A stretch of 64,000 bases of DNA from Candidatus Marinacidobacterales bacterium (GTDB taxonomy: Bacteria > Acidobacteriota > Vicinamibacteria > Marinacidobacterales > DATDRI01). The notes under the pieces were generated by a model. That model was not told the DNA's origin and searched no databases. It saw only the letters and a list, made by a program, of their open reading frames with translations. The stretch is from the NCBI GenBank assembly GCA_965226495.1, contig OZ245365.1, positions 3,168,001-3,232,000 on the forward strand, read 5' to 3'. Every line of letters begins with the position of its first letter. Within the stretch, counting starts at the first letter, position 1. The position numbers and the translations under genes were made by a program. This document shows, piece after piece, positions 20,862 to 30,085 of this stretch.

Positions 20862-21464
20862 TAGGCCAAGCTCAGAAGCGGTTCTTTTCAGCAAACGCTC
20901 CGCTGGTCTTGCGAGAAGTCGCTCGCCGGCGCGGTTCACCAAACTCAAGCGATGATCTTCATCAAACGTAAAGACGGCGACATCGATCTCGTCCATCACC
21001 TTTCGAAGCAACGTGGTCGCCTCTAGCGCCCCGAGACGCTGGCTACGTAGCGTCTCCCCCAGCGCGTTGGCTTCCATCATGACTTGCCCCAGCGCCTCCT
21101 CACGGCTCGCACCGCGGGCCCGAATGGAGTAGTCCCCTTCCCGAAGCGCCGCGAGGAGATTGGACAGCGTCTGCAGAGGCAGCACGACCCGCTCTCGGAG
21201 GGCGAAAGAAAAGCCGAGCCAGAACCCAAGGATCAAGACGGAGAGTGTCCATTGCACCTTGGGCGTGTAATCGCCACCCCACAACATGATCATTGAGATC
21301 AAGACCGCCGGGGCCCCGGCGCCGAGGGCCATGAGCAAAACACGGAGGTCGTGATGGGCGCGATGATGTCGCCCGGGTGGTCCCATTAGAGATGTTCGGG
21401 GAGAGGCAGCGAGAAGCGAAAGGGATGTCCGGGGGGGACGCGCCTCGGATGGTTTCACAACCAC
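20862..21464 (-). pseudogene. N-terminal half (TM-HAMP-PAS) of the disrupted NtrY-like sensor kinase
   Basis: PLQTLSNLLAALREGDYSIRARG, VMDEIDVAVFTFD, VNRAGERLL; breaks after ASELGL. Confidence 0.85.
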
Positions 21465-21470
21465 AAGTTC

Positions 21471-22853
21471 CTAGAGTCGGTATCTCTCCAGACGGCGATA
21501 GAGGGCGCTGCGGCTGAGGCCCAGCGCCTTGGCCGCCTGGCTCACGTTGCCATTGTAGCGAGAAAGCGACTTCTGGATGAGCAGGCGCTCGACCTCGTCC
21601 AGGTTCATGTCCTCGAGCGGAGCGCCGGAGTCATCGGCCGGCGGGCGTAAACCCAAGTCGCTCGCCTTCACTTTCTTAACCTGAGACATCAGTACCGCTC
21701 GCTCGACAGCGTGGTCAAGCTCACGGATGTTACCCGGCCAGCGGTTGTCCAGCATGAGCTTTATTGCCGCCTCTTCGAATCCTTCAAGGCTCTTGCGATA
21801 GTGCTGCGCATGTTGTCGGAGAAAAGACATCGCCAGAATGGGGATATCTTCGGGCCTCTCTCTAAGGGACGGAAGGTGAATCTCAACAGTGTTCAATCGA
21901 TAGAGGAGATCTTGTCGGAACCGTCCAGAGGAGACCTCTTCGCTGATGTCGGCGTTGGTGGCGGAAAGGATCCTGACGTTGACCCGGCGGGTCTTCGAAG
22001 AACCTACCCGTTCGAACTCCCCCGTCTCGAGCACTCGCAACAGTTTCCTTTGCAGACTCAGAGGGACGTTGGCGATCTCGTCCAAGAAGAGCGTCCCTCC
22101 GCCCGCGAGCTCGAACCGTCCCACCCGATCCGTCTTGGCGTCAGTAAAGGCTCCTTTGACGTGACCAAAGAGCTCGCTCTCGAAGATGCCTTCCGAAAGC
22201 CCACCGACGTTGACGGTCACCATAGCCCTCGAGGCGCGTTTGGAAACCGCGTGGATCGTCTGGGCGACCACACCCTTGCCGGTCCCGTTCTCGCCCGTAA
22301 TCAATACGTTGGCATCGGAAGGCCCCACGCGAGCGATGACTTGCCTCACCGGTTGCATGGCAGAAGACTCCGCTACCAGCTGAGGTCGGCTCTCGTCTCG
22401 AAGGAACTGGTTCTCCGCCTCGAGAAGTTGTCCTTTCCGGAGAGCTTGGCCGAGCTCGATCTGAGTCCGAAGAATGCTCAATAGTCGGGGGTTGTCCCAT
22501 GGCTTCTGGATAAAATCCCGTGCGCCGCGGCGCATCGCTTCCACCGCGAGCTCGACACTTCCCCAGGCGGTCATGACGATCACGGGCAGCGTGCTGTCTA
22601 GCGCTCGGATCCGTTTGAGCAGATCTAGACCCTCCTGCCCCGACGTCGTATCCCGCGCGTAGTTGAGATCCATCAAAAGCACGTCGAAGTCGGTGGACTC
22701 CATCGCCTTCAGGACCGCCCTCGGAGATGTGGCCGTCTCGGTCTTGTAGCCCTCCGCCTTCAAAAGAAGACGCAAGGCATCTAGGACGTCCGGCTGGTCG
22801 TCCGCGACGAGAATCCGAGAGACCGAATCGTGGTTGTTCGTTGAGCTCAGCAT
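21471..22853 (-). CDS. Sigma-54-dependent response regulator (NtrC family)
   Basis: REC domain, GENGTGK, ESELFGH, GAFTDA, FRQDLLYRL, WPGNIREL, Fis HTH. Confidence 0.95.
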   Translation of the reverse strand: MLSSTNNHDSVSRILVADDQPDVLDALRLLLKAEGYKTETATSPRAVLKAMESTDFDVLLMDLNYARDTTSGQEGLDLLKRIRALDSTLPVIVMTAWGSVELAVEAMRRGARDFIQKPWDNPRLLSILRTQIELGQALRKGQLLEAENQFLRDESRPQLVAESSAMQPVRQVIARVGPSDANVLITGENGTGKGVVAQTIHAVSKRASRAMVTVNVGGLSEGIFESELFGHVKGAFTDAKTDRVGRFELAGGGTLFLDEIANVPLSLQRKLLRVLETGEFERVGSSKTRRVNVRILSATNADISEEVSSGRFRQDLLYRLNTVEIHLPSLRERPEDIPILAMSFLRQHAQHYRKSLEGFEEAAIKLMLDNRWPGNIRELDHAVERAVLMSQVKKVKASDLGLRPPADDSGAPLEDMNLDEVERLLIQKSLSRYNGNVSQAAKALGLSRSALYRRLERYRL

Positions 22854-22868
22854 GCGGGTAGAGGGACT

Positions 22869-23636
22869 CTAGTCACCCTTTTCCATCCAACCGTCGAGCA
22901 GATTGATAACCCGATTACCGTACGAAGCGTTCAACTCGGAGTGAGTCACTTGGATGATCGTCGTCCCTTGCTCGTTGAGCGTCTTGAAGAGGTCCATGAT
23001 CTCTTTGCCGTGGCTACTGTGAAGATTCCCGGTGGGCTCGTCGGCCAGAATCAGCTTGGGCTCGATGATGACTGCCCGGGCCACCGCAACCAACTGCTGT
23101 TGTCCACCGGAGAGTTGGTTTGGATAGAGATCCTTCTTGCCGACGATTTGGAATTTATCCAACGCGTCGGCAACCATCGACTGGCGTTCCGACCGTTTGA
23201 TGTTTCGATAGGAGAGCGGTATCTCCAAGTTCTCATAGACTGTCAAGTTGTCGAGCAGATGGTAACTTTGGAAGACGAACCCGATGTATTGCTTGTGGAG
23301 CTCGGTACGTTTCTTGTTCTTGAGCTCGTGGACCGCTTGATCGAAAAAGTAGTACTCGCCGTTCCACGCACCATCCAGCATTCCCAGGACGTGGAGAAGG
23401 GTGGATTTGCCGGCGCCGGAAGGTCCCATGAAGGTGACGAAATCGCCCTCCTCGATGTCGATATTAATTTGACGTAGCACATAGCTTCGGCCCGCACCCG
23501 ACTCGAAGAACTTCTCGACATCTCGCATCTTGATCATAGGTCTTATCTCTCGCCTCTCGTCCGTGGTGACGGAGCCATCCTCAACACGGGCCGGGCGGGC
23601 CGGTCCGTCTTGTCGAGCCATCATGGAGGTCATCAC
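22869..23636 (-). CDS. ABC transporter ATP-binding protein (LolD/MacB-type)
   Basis: [27 protein letters not shown]; start may be the downstream MIKMRD. Confidence 0.92.
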   Translation of the reverse strand: MMTSMMARQDGPARPARVEDGSVTTDERREIRPMIKMRDVEKFFESGAGRSYVLRQINIDIEEGDFVTFMGPSGAGKSTLLHVLGMLDGAWNGEYYFFDQAVHELKNKKRTELHKQYIGFVFQSYHLLDNLTVYENLEIPLSYRNIKRSERQSMVADALDKFQIVGKKDLYPNQLSGGQQQLVAVARAVIIEPKLILADEPTGNLHSSHGKEIMDLFKTLNEQGTTIIQVTHSELNASYGNRVINLLDGWMEKGD

Positions 23637-23638
23637 CT

Positions 23639-24334
23639 TCAGGCGACTTCGGCATTCTCTTCAACGATACGGCCATCGAAGAGATGGATCGACCGATCCG
23701 CGTACTCGGCGTAGCGGGGATCGTGGGTCACGATACAAATCGTCGCCCCCCCGCGGTGGAGCTCGGCGAGGAGATTCATCACCGCTTCGCCGTTCGTAGA
23801 GTCGAGGTTACCCGTCGGCTCATCCGCCAACACGATGGAGGGCGAGCCCACCACCGCGCGTGCGACCGCCACTCTTTGTTGCTGCCCTCCGGAAAGCTGC
23901 GAGGGGAAATGTTTCATGCGGTGTGCCATTCCGACCTTCTCGAGGGCCTCCTGGACCTTCGTCTTTCGCTCGGAGCCCGCCATCCCTCGGTACGTCAACG
24001 GCAGCTCCACGTTCTCGTAGACGGTGAGGTCACCGATCAGATTGAAGGCCTGGAATATGAAGCCCACTTCCTTGTTCCGGATCCGGGCGCGGTCGGACAG
24101 CTTGAGGTTGGCCACCGATTGTTGGTTCAGGCGGTAACTGCCATCGGTCGGCGAGTCGAGAAGACCCAAGATCGACAGCAGCGTCGATTTGCCGCAGCCG
24201 GAAGGGCCGGCTATGGAGACGTACTCGCCTTGATTGATGTCCAAATGGATCCCCGCGAGGGCATGAGTCTCCACCTCGTCAGTATAGAAAACCTTGGTTA
24301 CCCCTTCGAGATTGATGAGGGCCGAATCGCTCAT
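23639..24334 (-). CDS. ABC transporter ATP-binding protein (LolD/MacB-type)
   Basis: [30 protein letters not shown]. Confidence 0.95.
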   Translation of the reverse strand: MSDSALINLEGVTKVFYTDEVETHALAGIHLDINQGEYVSIAGPSGCGKSTLLSILGLLDSPTDGSYRLNQQSVANLKLSDRARIRNKEVGFIFQAFNLIGDLTVYENVELPLTYRGMAGSERKTKVQEALEKVGMAHRMKHFPSQLSGGQQQRVAVARAVVGSPSIVLADEPTGNLDSTNGEAVMNLLAELHRGGATICIVTHDPRYAEYADRSIHLFDGRIVEENAEVA

Positions 24335-24363
24335 TTTTGTTATTCCTTTCCCCGGTTCTTGCT

Positions 24364-25614
24364 TCAATTCAGTCGGATGCGATCATAGGAATCCCAAGCG
24401 GAAGTATCCGAGAGAATCACCTGGTCGCTCTCGTTGAGGCCCTGAACAACCTCGATCGTGCTCACCGAGCTGCGACCGAGTTGGACCTGCACACGAACGG
24501 CCGTTTCCCCGTCCTCGAGAATTCGAAAGAGCCCTATCGTGCTTTCCGCTTGTCCGTAAGCCGGCCGGCCTACATAAAGAATGTCCACCAGCCGCTCTAG
24601 CTCCACCGTCCCGTCGACACTCAGGTCGGGCCGCACACCCTTTGGTAGCGGACCGATGAGCGACACATCGACCTGAACGGTTCCTTCCTGGACGGCCGGA
24701 TCGACCCGGATGACTTCTCCTTGGATCAATCCGTTTCGGGTATCGATGGTCGCCTTCTGCCCAACCTCGATGTCTTTGGCCTGCGTCTCCGCGATACGGA
24801 GCTCGGCCTTGAGCTTGTCGGGCCGAGCAACCTTGGCGAGAATCGTACCCGGAGTTACCTGCTGCCCTTCCTCGACCGGAACTTGCTGCAGCACGCCGTC
24901 GATTCCCGCGCGCACCTTGAGGGCTCGAACCTGCTCATGGCGGAGCTCGGCGAGGGCCCGGAACTGGTCGACCCTGGCGCGTCGGGCCGCCAACTGCGCA
25001 TCGACCGACTCGCTCGCCATCTCGAGCCGTTGCTGTTCGAGCTCGTGCCGGGTGGCGAGCTCTTTAGCACGAACGGACGACAACTGGACGATGAGATCTC
25101 CGATCAAACCCTCTTCACGCAGCTTCTTGTCCGCTTCGGCTTGGAGTTTAGCTTGGCTGTACTCCGCCCGGACGCTGGCGGCGTCGGCTTGCTGATTCAA
25201 GAGTTGACTCTGGAGCTGCACTTTGAGATCGACGTACTCGGCCTCCGCGGCGAGCAGCTGATACTCCGAATCCATCGCCGCCTGATCCAGCTCCGGATTA
25301 CTCATTTCGAGCAGAATGGTATCGGCTTGGACTGTAATGCCCGGTAGCACGCGGCGTTCGATCCGCCCATCGGTCCGCGCGGAGATCCAGCGAATCTCCT
25401 CCGGTACCAGCGTGCCCGGTCCACGGACCTGCCGAAGCATGGAGCCCCGTTTCACGGTATCTATGTAGACCGTCGCGCGGTTGACGCTAGGGGCCGCAGG
25501 CTCGAGCCGCGAGAGGGCGACCGTAATCACCAACACCGCCAGCAACCCGGCACCCGTATAGATGATGCGCCGGATCTTTTTCTTCTGGGCGACGCCTGGT
25601 CGCGCTATATCCAT
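24364..25614 (-). CDS. Efflux membrane-fusion (HlyD/MacA-like) adaptor protein
   Basis: N-terminal TM, lipoyl-like halves around a coiled coil, VRAGIDGVL, RPDLSVDG. Confidence 0.92.
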   Translation of the reverse strand: MDIARPGVAQKKKIRRIIYTGAGLLAVLVITVALSRLEPAAPSVNRATVYIDTVKRGSMLRQVRGPGTLVPEEIRWISARTDGRIERRVLPGITVQADTILLEMSNPELDQAAMDSEYQLLAAEAEYVDLKVQLQSQLLNQQADAASVRAEYSQAKLQAEADKKLREEGLIGDLIVQLSSVRAKELATRHELEQQRLEMASESVDAQLAARRARVDQFRALAELRHEQVRALKVRAGIDGVLQQVPVEEGQQVTPGTILAKVARPDKLKAELRIAETQAKDIEVGQKATIDTRNGLIQGEVIRVDPAVQEGTVQVDVSLIGPLPKGVRPDLSVDGTVELERLVDILYVGRPAYGQAESTIGLFRILEDGETAVRVQVQLGRSSVSTIEVVQGLNESDQVILSDTSAWDSYDRIRLN

Positions 25615-25640
25615 TGGTGTCCCTCCACACCCTTATATGC

Positions 25641-25655
25641 GCAAATGGTGTGCCA
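25641..25655 (-). promoter_or_regulatory. Sigma-54 (-24/-12) promoter of the MFP-ABC operon
   Basis: TGGCAC-ACCAT-TTGC with exact spacing, 27 nt upstream of the ATG. Confidence 0.85.
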
Positions 25656-25727
25656 TTTGTTCCCTATTTTTATCTTGCTGAAAACAAATGAGTTCTTTAT
25701 GAAAAAGACCCGGAGCAGGATTTGAAT

Positions 25728-25767
25728 GTGTCCGTTTTCGGGACCGATTTTGCCCGGGAGCGGACAC
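25728..25767. promoter_or_regulatory. Candidate upstream activator sites for the sigma-54 regulator
   Basis: GTGTCCG...CGGACAC inverted repeat containing two imperfect palindromes, separated from the promoter by an AT-rich spacer. Confidence 0.6.
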
Positions 25768-25783
25768 TATAATACGCCGGTTA

Positions 25784-25915
25784 AGGGTGGTTAATTAAAG
25801 TCCCCTTCCTTTACCCCCTCTCCCTCAGGGAGAGGGCCGGGGTGAGGGTGGTTAATTAAAGCCCCCTTCCTTTACCCCCTCTCCCTCAGGGAGAGGGCCG
25901 GGGTGAGGGTGGTTA
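25784..25915. repeat. Tandem 61-bp repeat (about 2.2 copies), each with the REP-like palindrome
   Basis: Units differ by one base; core identical to 1508-1544. Confidence 0.85.
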
Positions 25916-27649
25916 CTCAGAACTCTTCAACATAGCTCCCGCTGCGATCTGATGAAGGAGCTCCTCGCGCACCAGCGCGAAGGGCAACGTCCCAATCTTG
26001 AGAACCCGATCGTGAAAGTCCTTTAGGGTCGCCTTCCGGCCCATGAGGTACATCTGCGCGAAATACTCATCCCGTAGCTGCATGAGCTGGTGGTATCCCC
26101 AGGTCGCGATGCCAGTTCGCGCGTAGCCGTGTGTGGCTCCTTGAACCTGCAGAAAGGAGTAGGGCTCGGCGAACATCACGTCGCTGGTCATGAGGTTGAC
26201 TCCCTCCTCCACACTCACGTACCCCAGGTGCATCCCGGCGTCATAGATGACGCGCGCGTAGCGCCATAACTTGAGCCGCTCCATTTCGACGCGGTATTCG
26301 TCGTGTTTGTCGGGCGGATAGAACCCGAAGTCCGGCGTCAACACCCACTCCACGTAGTAGCACCAAGCCTGATTGCTATACGCACTCTCGTAAGTTCGAA
26401 GCTTGCGCGGGTTGTGATTGTTGTACAACGCCACCAACCCGTGACCGGGATAAACTTCATGTGGCATTAGGGCGGTGATGAACGCGTAGTTATGGGACCT
26501 CAAAAATCTATCTTTCTCCTCGGGGCTCCACCGCGGATCCATCGGCGCCAACATGACCGCCCCGGGGAACTTCGAGCCCGCGGCGCGTGGCGCGCCACCG
26601 AACCCGGTGAAGGTCAGTTTGTTGTAATACGCCGGCGAATAGATGGCTCCCGCCGCGTTTTCCGTGTCCCACGGCATCGACATCAAATCGTTCTCGATGA
26701 GCCATGGGCGATCGCGTCGAACCTGGACGAGGAAATCATTGAGCATCGATTCTTCGGACGGATGGTCCGCCTGTAGATCGGTCTCGATCTGACGCCAGCT
26801 TCGCCCGCCCGCGACCTTCGCTGCGGCCTGGTCCAGGACACGAAGCTGTTCTTCGAATTGACTCCGTCCCCAATGGTAAAAGGACTCCGTATCGAGATCG
26901 CCGACGTGATAGAAGTCGCGCAGGCGCGCATCGAATATTTCTTTACCGACTCTCCATTCACCTTCTGGCTTCTGCGGCAGATCGGAATCCAAGAAATCAC
27001 CGAAGCCATGGAGCGCGGCCAAGACTTTCTCGTTCTCCGCTAGCAATTCCGCGCGTTGATCCGGCACCCGATCCGCGAATCCAGGCACATCCACCTCGAA
27101 GGTCTCGATAGCACCCTCCAGCAATCCCTTGGCCGGCGCGAGCCACAGCGGGATGAAGACTTTCAAATTGGTCTTGGCGTTTTCTAGCCGTGCGGGAATC
27201 GTCTTCATGACCGCAAGAACGGTCGCGGCCCTATCCGTCACCGGGCGATTCTCGAGATAGAGCAGGCCGCCTCGAGCGGAAACGATAGGCTCGATCCGCA
27301 AATAGAGAGTGGGATCCTTTTCCCAATACTTGACCTTCTCCCCATCCACGATCTTGGTTTTCAAGATCCCTTCGAGATAGCGGTAGTCGATATCTTGCTG
27401 GAATGTTAGCGCCTGGCGATCGGTCGCTTGGAGCTCATCGAGAAGTCCGCGCGCCGTGTCGAGCCGGTTCTGGTAGTACGCCGCACTCCCATCGTTCACC
27501 GCGGTTGTCCCGGCGCCGACACCATGGAACTCGGCGAGGTACTTGTCGACGAGTGATTCGAAAGCTGGGTCCACCTTCTGTGAGGAAGCCGGAAATGGGC
27601 CCACCACCAGAAACCCCAACACCAAAACGATTCTCCATGTGAGTCTCAT
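25913..27649 (-). CDS. DUF885-family secreted metallopeptidase-like protein
   Basis: Signal peptide from ATG 27649; HEVYPGH, LWRYARVIYDAGMH, FHDRVLKIG. Confidence 0.85.
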   Translation of the reverse strand: MRLTWRIVLVLGFLVVGPFPASSQKVDPAFESLVDKYLAEFHGVGAGTTAVNDGSAAYYQNRLDTARGLLDELQATDRQALTFQQDIDYRYLEGILKTKIVDGEKVKYWEKDPTLYLRIEPIVSARGGLLYLENRPVTDRAATVLAVMKTIPARLENAKTNLKVFIPLWLAPAKGLLEGAIETFEVDVPGFADRVPDQRAELLAENEKVLAALHGFGDFLDSDLPQKPEGEWRVGKEIFDARLRDFYHVGDLDTESFYHWGRSQFEEQLRVLDQAAAKVAGGRSWRQIETDLQADHPSEESMLNDFLVQVRRDRPWLIENDLMSMPWDTENAAGAIYSPAYYNKLTFTGFGGAPRAAGSKFPGAVMLAPMDPRWSPEEKDRFLRSHNYAFITALMPHEVYPGHGLVALYNNHNPRKLRTYESAYSNQAWCYYVEWVLTPDFGFYPPDKHDEYRVEMERLKLWRYARVIYDAGMHLGYVSVEEGVNLMTSDVMFAEPYSFLQVQGATHGYARTGIATWGYHQLMQLRDEYFAQMYLMGRKATLKDFHDRVLKIGTLPFALVREELLHQIAAGAMLKSSE

Positions 27650-27651
27650 AG

Positions 27652-28101
27652 TTACTCCCCCACGCCTTGGGTCGATCTGACCCTTGCCTCTAGTTTCACC
27701 GGGCTCTTCATAGATTTCGATATCAGACAATTCTGCTCGGCTTTGTGAAGCAGCCGTTCGGCTCTTCCGGTATCGGACGCCTTGACCACCGTCAAGTCCA
27801 CTTCTATCACGATGCCCGTGAACATCCACCCCTGCCCCTCGAGCCTCTCCACGGTTCCCGTCGCGTTGGAGCGCCAGTCAGCGATCTCGAGCTGAGATAT
27901 ACGCGCCATGGCTACGAAAGTCCACAAAACACAGGTATTGGCCGAAGAGAGGAACAAATGCTCAGGACTCCAGTTGCCGCCCGGTCCTCCGAACTCTAGC
28001 GGGGGAGCCGTCGTCAGAGTCGGCAGCCCCGGGGATTCGGCCCGACCTCCCAGTGCATCACTCCAAGTGACCGAAGTTTGATACTCGTGCCTTTTTTCCA
28101 T
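27652..28101 (-). CDS. OsmC/Ohr-family protein
   Basis: PLEFGGPGGNWSPEHLF..ANTC and KAEQNCLIS (both catalytic Cys present). Confidence 0.9.
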   Translation of the reverse strand: MEKRHEYQTSVTWSDALGGRAESPGLPTLTTAPPLEFGGPGGNWSPEHLFLSSANTCVLWTFVAMARISQLEIADWRSNATGTVERLEGQGWMFTGIVIEVDLTVVKASDTGRAERLLHKAEQNCLISKSMKSPVKLEARVRSTQGVGE

Positions 28102-30015
28102 TTACTGAACGAGTGAATCTTCGGGAAGCAGGCTCCGGCCTGGCAAGTGCGCCGGAATCTCCAACTCGAGCATGTCTAGTACCGTCGGTACGATATCGAT
28201 GGCGCGCACGCGGGACCACTTACTAGCCGGCGGAACCTTTGGCCCCCAGGCCGCGCAGATGGCGAGCATGTCTCGTCGCGTCGGCACGAAGCCATGATTT
28301 CCTACCGGAGTCATCAGTGATACCACTTCGTCTTTGTCGGTTCGATCGGAGAAGTAATACCCGCGTGCCAGGTCGAGGAAAAGATCGCCGGTGTTCCGGC
28401 CTCCGGGCTGAAGGAGACCCTGGGTCGCCGGCTCGAAGAACGCGGTAACAACTCTTTCGTCGCTGTCTGGATCTTTTGCCGCCTCGAGAGCCTTCCGAAC
28501 TCGCGCAAGCACTCTGGGTTTTTCTTCGAGGGGTACGATTCCGCCCTTTCGGTCGACCGTGTTTACCGCGACGGAAGCGTCGGAGGTCGGCAAGAGAAGC
28601 GCCTCGGTTCGCTCGAGATCGATGGTTCGATCGGAAGTGAGAGCGAGAAGACCGGCCTTGGCGAGAGCCACGTTGACATTGAAGTAGCGATTCGTCCCCG
28701 CCATGCCGTGATCGGAGAGAAGCACCACGTGTGCTCCGTCGCGGGAGGCGTAGTCCATTATCGCGCCCAAGAGATCGTCTTGCACCTCGAAGGCCGAAAC
28801 CAGCGTGGGCCACACGCTTTCCGCCAGGGCGGCATCGAAACCCGGCATGGCAGGATCCAGATAACCGACCAGCGCATGCGTCATCTCATCGGTAACCGGC
28901 GAGTACATGATGACGAGTCGATAACCCCCTTCATCCAAAACACGGACGGTCTGCCTGCGAATCTGTTCGTTGAGATGGGCTTCCGTCGCGAGCAGCCGCT
29001 CTTCCGCCGAACCGTCGCCGCCCTCCATCACCGTACTTCCGAAACGGCCGGTCTTGTACAGTCGGTCACCGGCGTTTCCGGCGAAGGCCTCAATTGCTGT
29101 TTCGCCTATGCCTGGAAATGTACTCGAAGAGATGAAAATCGCCTCGGCGCTACTCCGGTAGATCATAAAGCGAGACGCCGTCTCGTCGAGCTCGAACACC
29201 CGGAGCGAGAACCAGAGCTCCTCACCTTGCCTCGTCGTCGCAATGGGCACGGAAAACGATTCGCTTCTTCCGGGCTTGACTCGGGCTAAAAATTCACCCG
29301 CTTGCTTGCTCGCCGCGATCCCTAACGTGTCGCAACCGACGGCGGGATCGAACGGGTCGTCGAAGAAAAGCCCCCAAAAGGATCGCTCGCCGACCCTCAG
29401 GCTGAACTCACGTGCCTCGCTCCCCCCCGCCTCCGCTATCGTCCATCCCCAAGCCGGCGCGATGGTGATGCGCCGATCGGTAAGGACGTCCGCGGTGATG
29501 CGTTGCCCCGAGTAGCCATAAAGCAATCCCAGGTTCTCGGCTTCCTCGGAACGCAATCGACCGAGAGTGTCGTCGAACGGATAGGACTGCGTCGCGTGGA
29601 AGACGTACGACATCAAACCCGCGCGCGCCGTCATCACCCAGATCGGATCGACCCTCAGAGGATGGGAGAAAAACGCTGATTCCTTTTCCAGTCGCGTGCG
29701 CTCGGCGGCAGGTTCCAGGAGAACCGAGTTCCCGGTGATACCGCTGGTGTGTCCATAGACGCCGGTCCAAAAGGCGGCATGTGCGGCCGCTGTCTTAGTG
29801 GGATAGGTGGTGATCATTCCATCCGACCAAGCCCCCTCTCGCACCATCCGTTGTAGATGGGGCAGCTTTCCCTCCGCCAGAATTCGAGACGCGATCCAGT
29901 GCGCCGCACCATCCCACACAAAGAGGATAACCCGAGGAGGTGGGCTCCAATTGAAGGCTAGCGATGTCGCCAAGAGGAAAATTCCAAGAGGCAACGCCGC
30001 CTTGCAAATGCGCAC
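28102..30015 (-). CDS. Alkaline phosphatase superfamily / nucleotide pyrophosphatase-phosphodiesterase
   Basis: WDG, PTKTAAAH (Thr nucleophile), DEMTH, SDHGM, GNHG; signal peptide. Confidence 0.88.
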   Translation of the reverse strand: MRICKAALPLGIFLLATSLAFNWSPPPRVILFVWDGAAHWIASRILAEGKLPHLQRMVREGAWSDGMITTYPTKTAAAHAAFWTGVYGHTSGITGNSVLLEPAAERTRLEKESAFFSHPLRVDPIWVMTARAGLMSYVFHATQSYPFDDTLGRLRSEEAENLGLLYGYSGQRITADVLTDRRITIAPAWGWTIAEAGGSEAREFSLRVGERSFWGLFFDDPFDPAVGCDTLGIAASKQAGEFLARVKPGRSESFSVPIATTRQGEELWFSLRVFELDETASRFMIYRSSAEAIFISSSTFPGIGETAIEAFAGNAGDRLYKTGRFGSTVMEGGDGSAEERLLATEAHLNEQIRRQTVRVLDEGGYRLVIMYSPVTDEMTHALVGYLDPAMPGFDAALAESVWPTLVSAFEVQDDLLGAIMDYASRDGAHVVLLSDHGMAGTNRYFNVNVALAKAGLLALTSDRTIDLERTEALLLPTSDASVAVNTVDRKGGIVPLEEKPRVLARVRKALEAAKDPDSDERVVTAFFEPATQGLLQPGGRNTGDLFLDLARGYYFSDRTDKDEVVSLMTPVGNHGFVPTRRDMLAICAAWGPKVPPASKWSRVRAIDIVPTVLDMLELEIPAHLPGRSLLPEDSLVQ

Positions 30016-30085
30016 GGATGAATTCTACACCGCGCTGTGAGAATTAGGGGCGAGCATATATATTGCCCCGACGGAGAAACCATCG

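Noticed and set aside
25784-25915. Tandem repeat as a CRISPR array
   Set aside because: Units are contiguous with no unique spacers, and there are no cas genes in the window.
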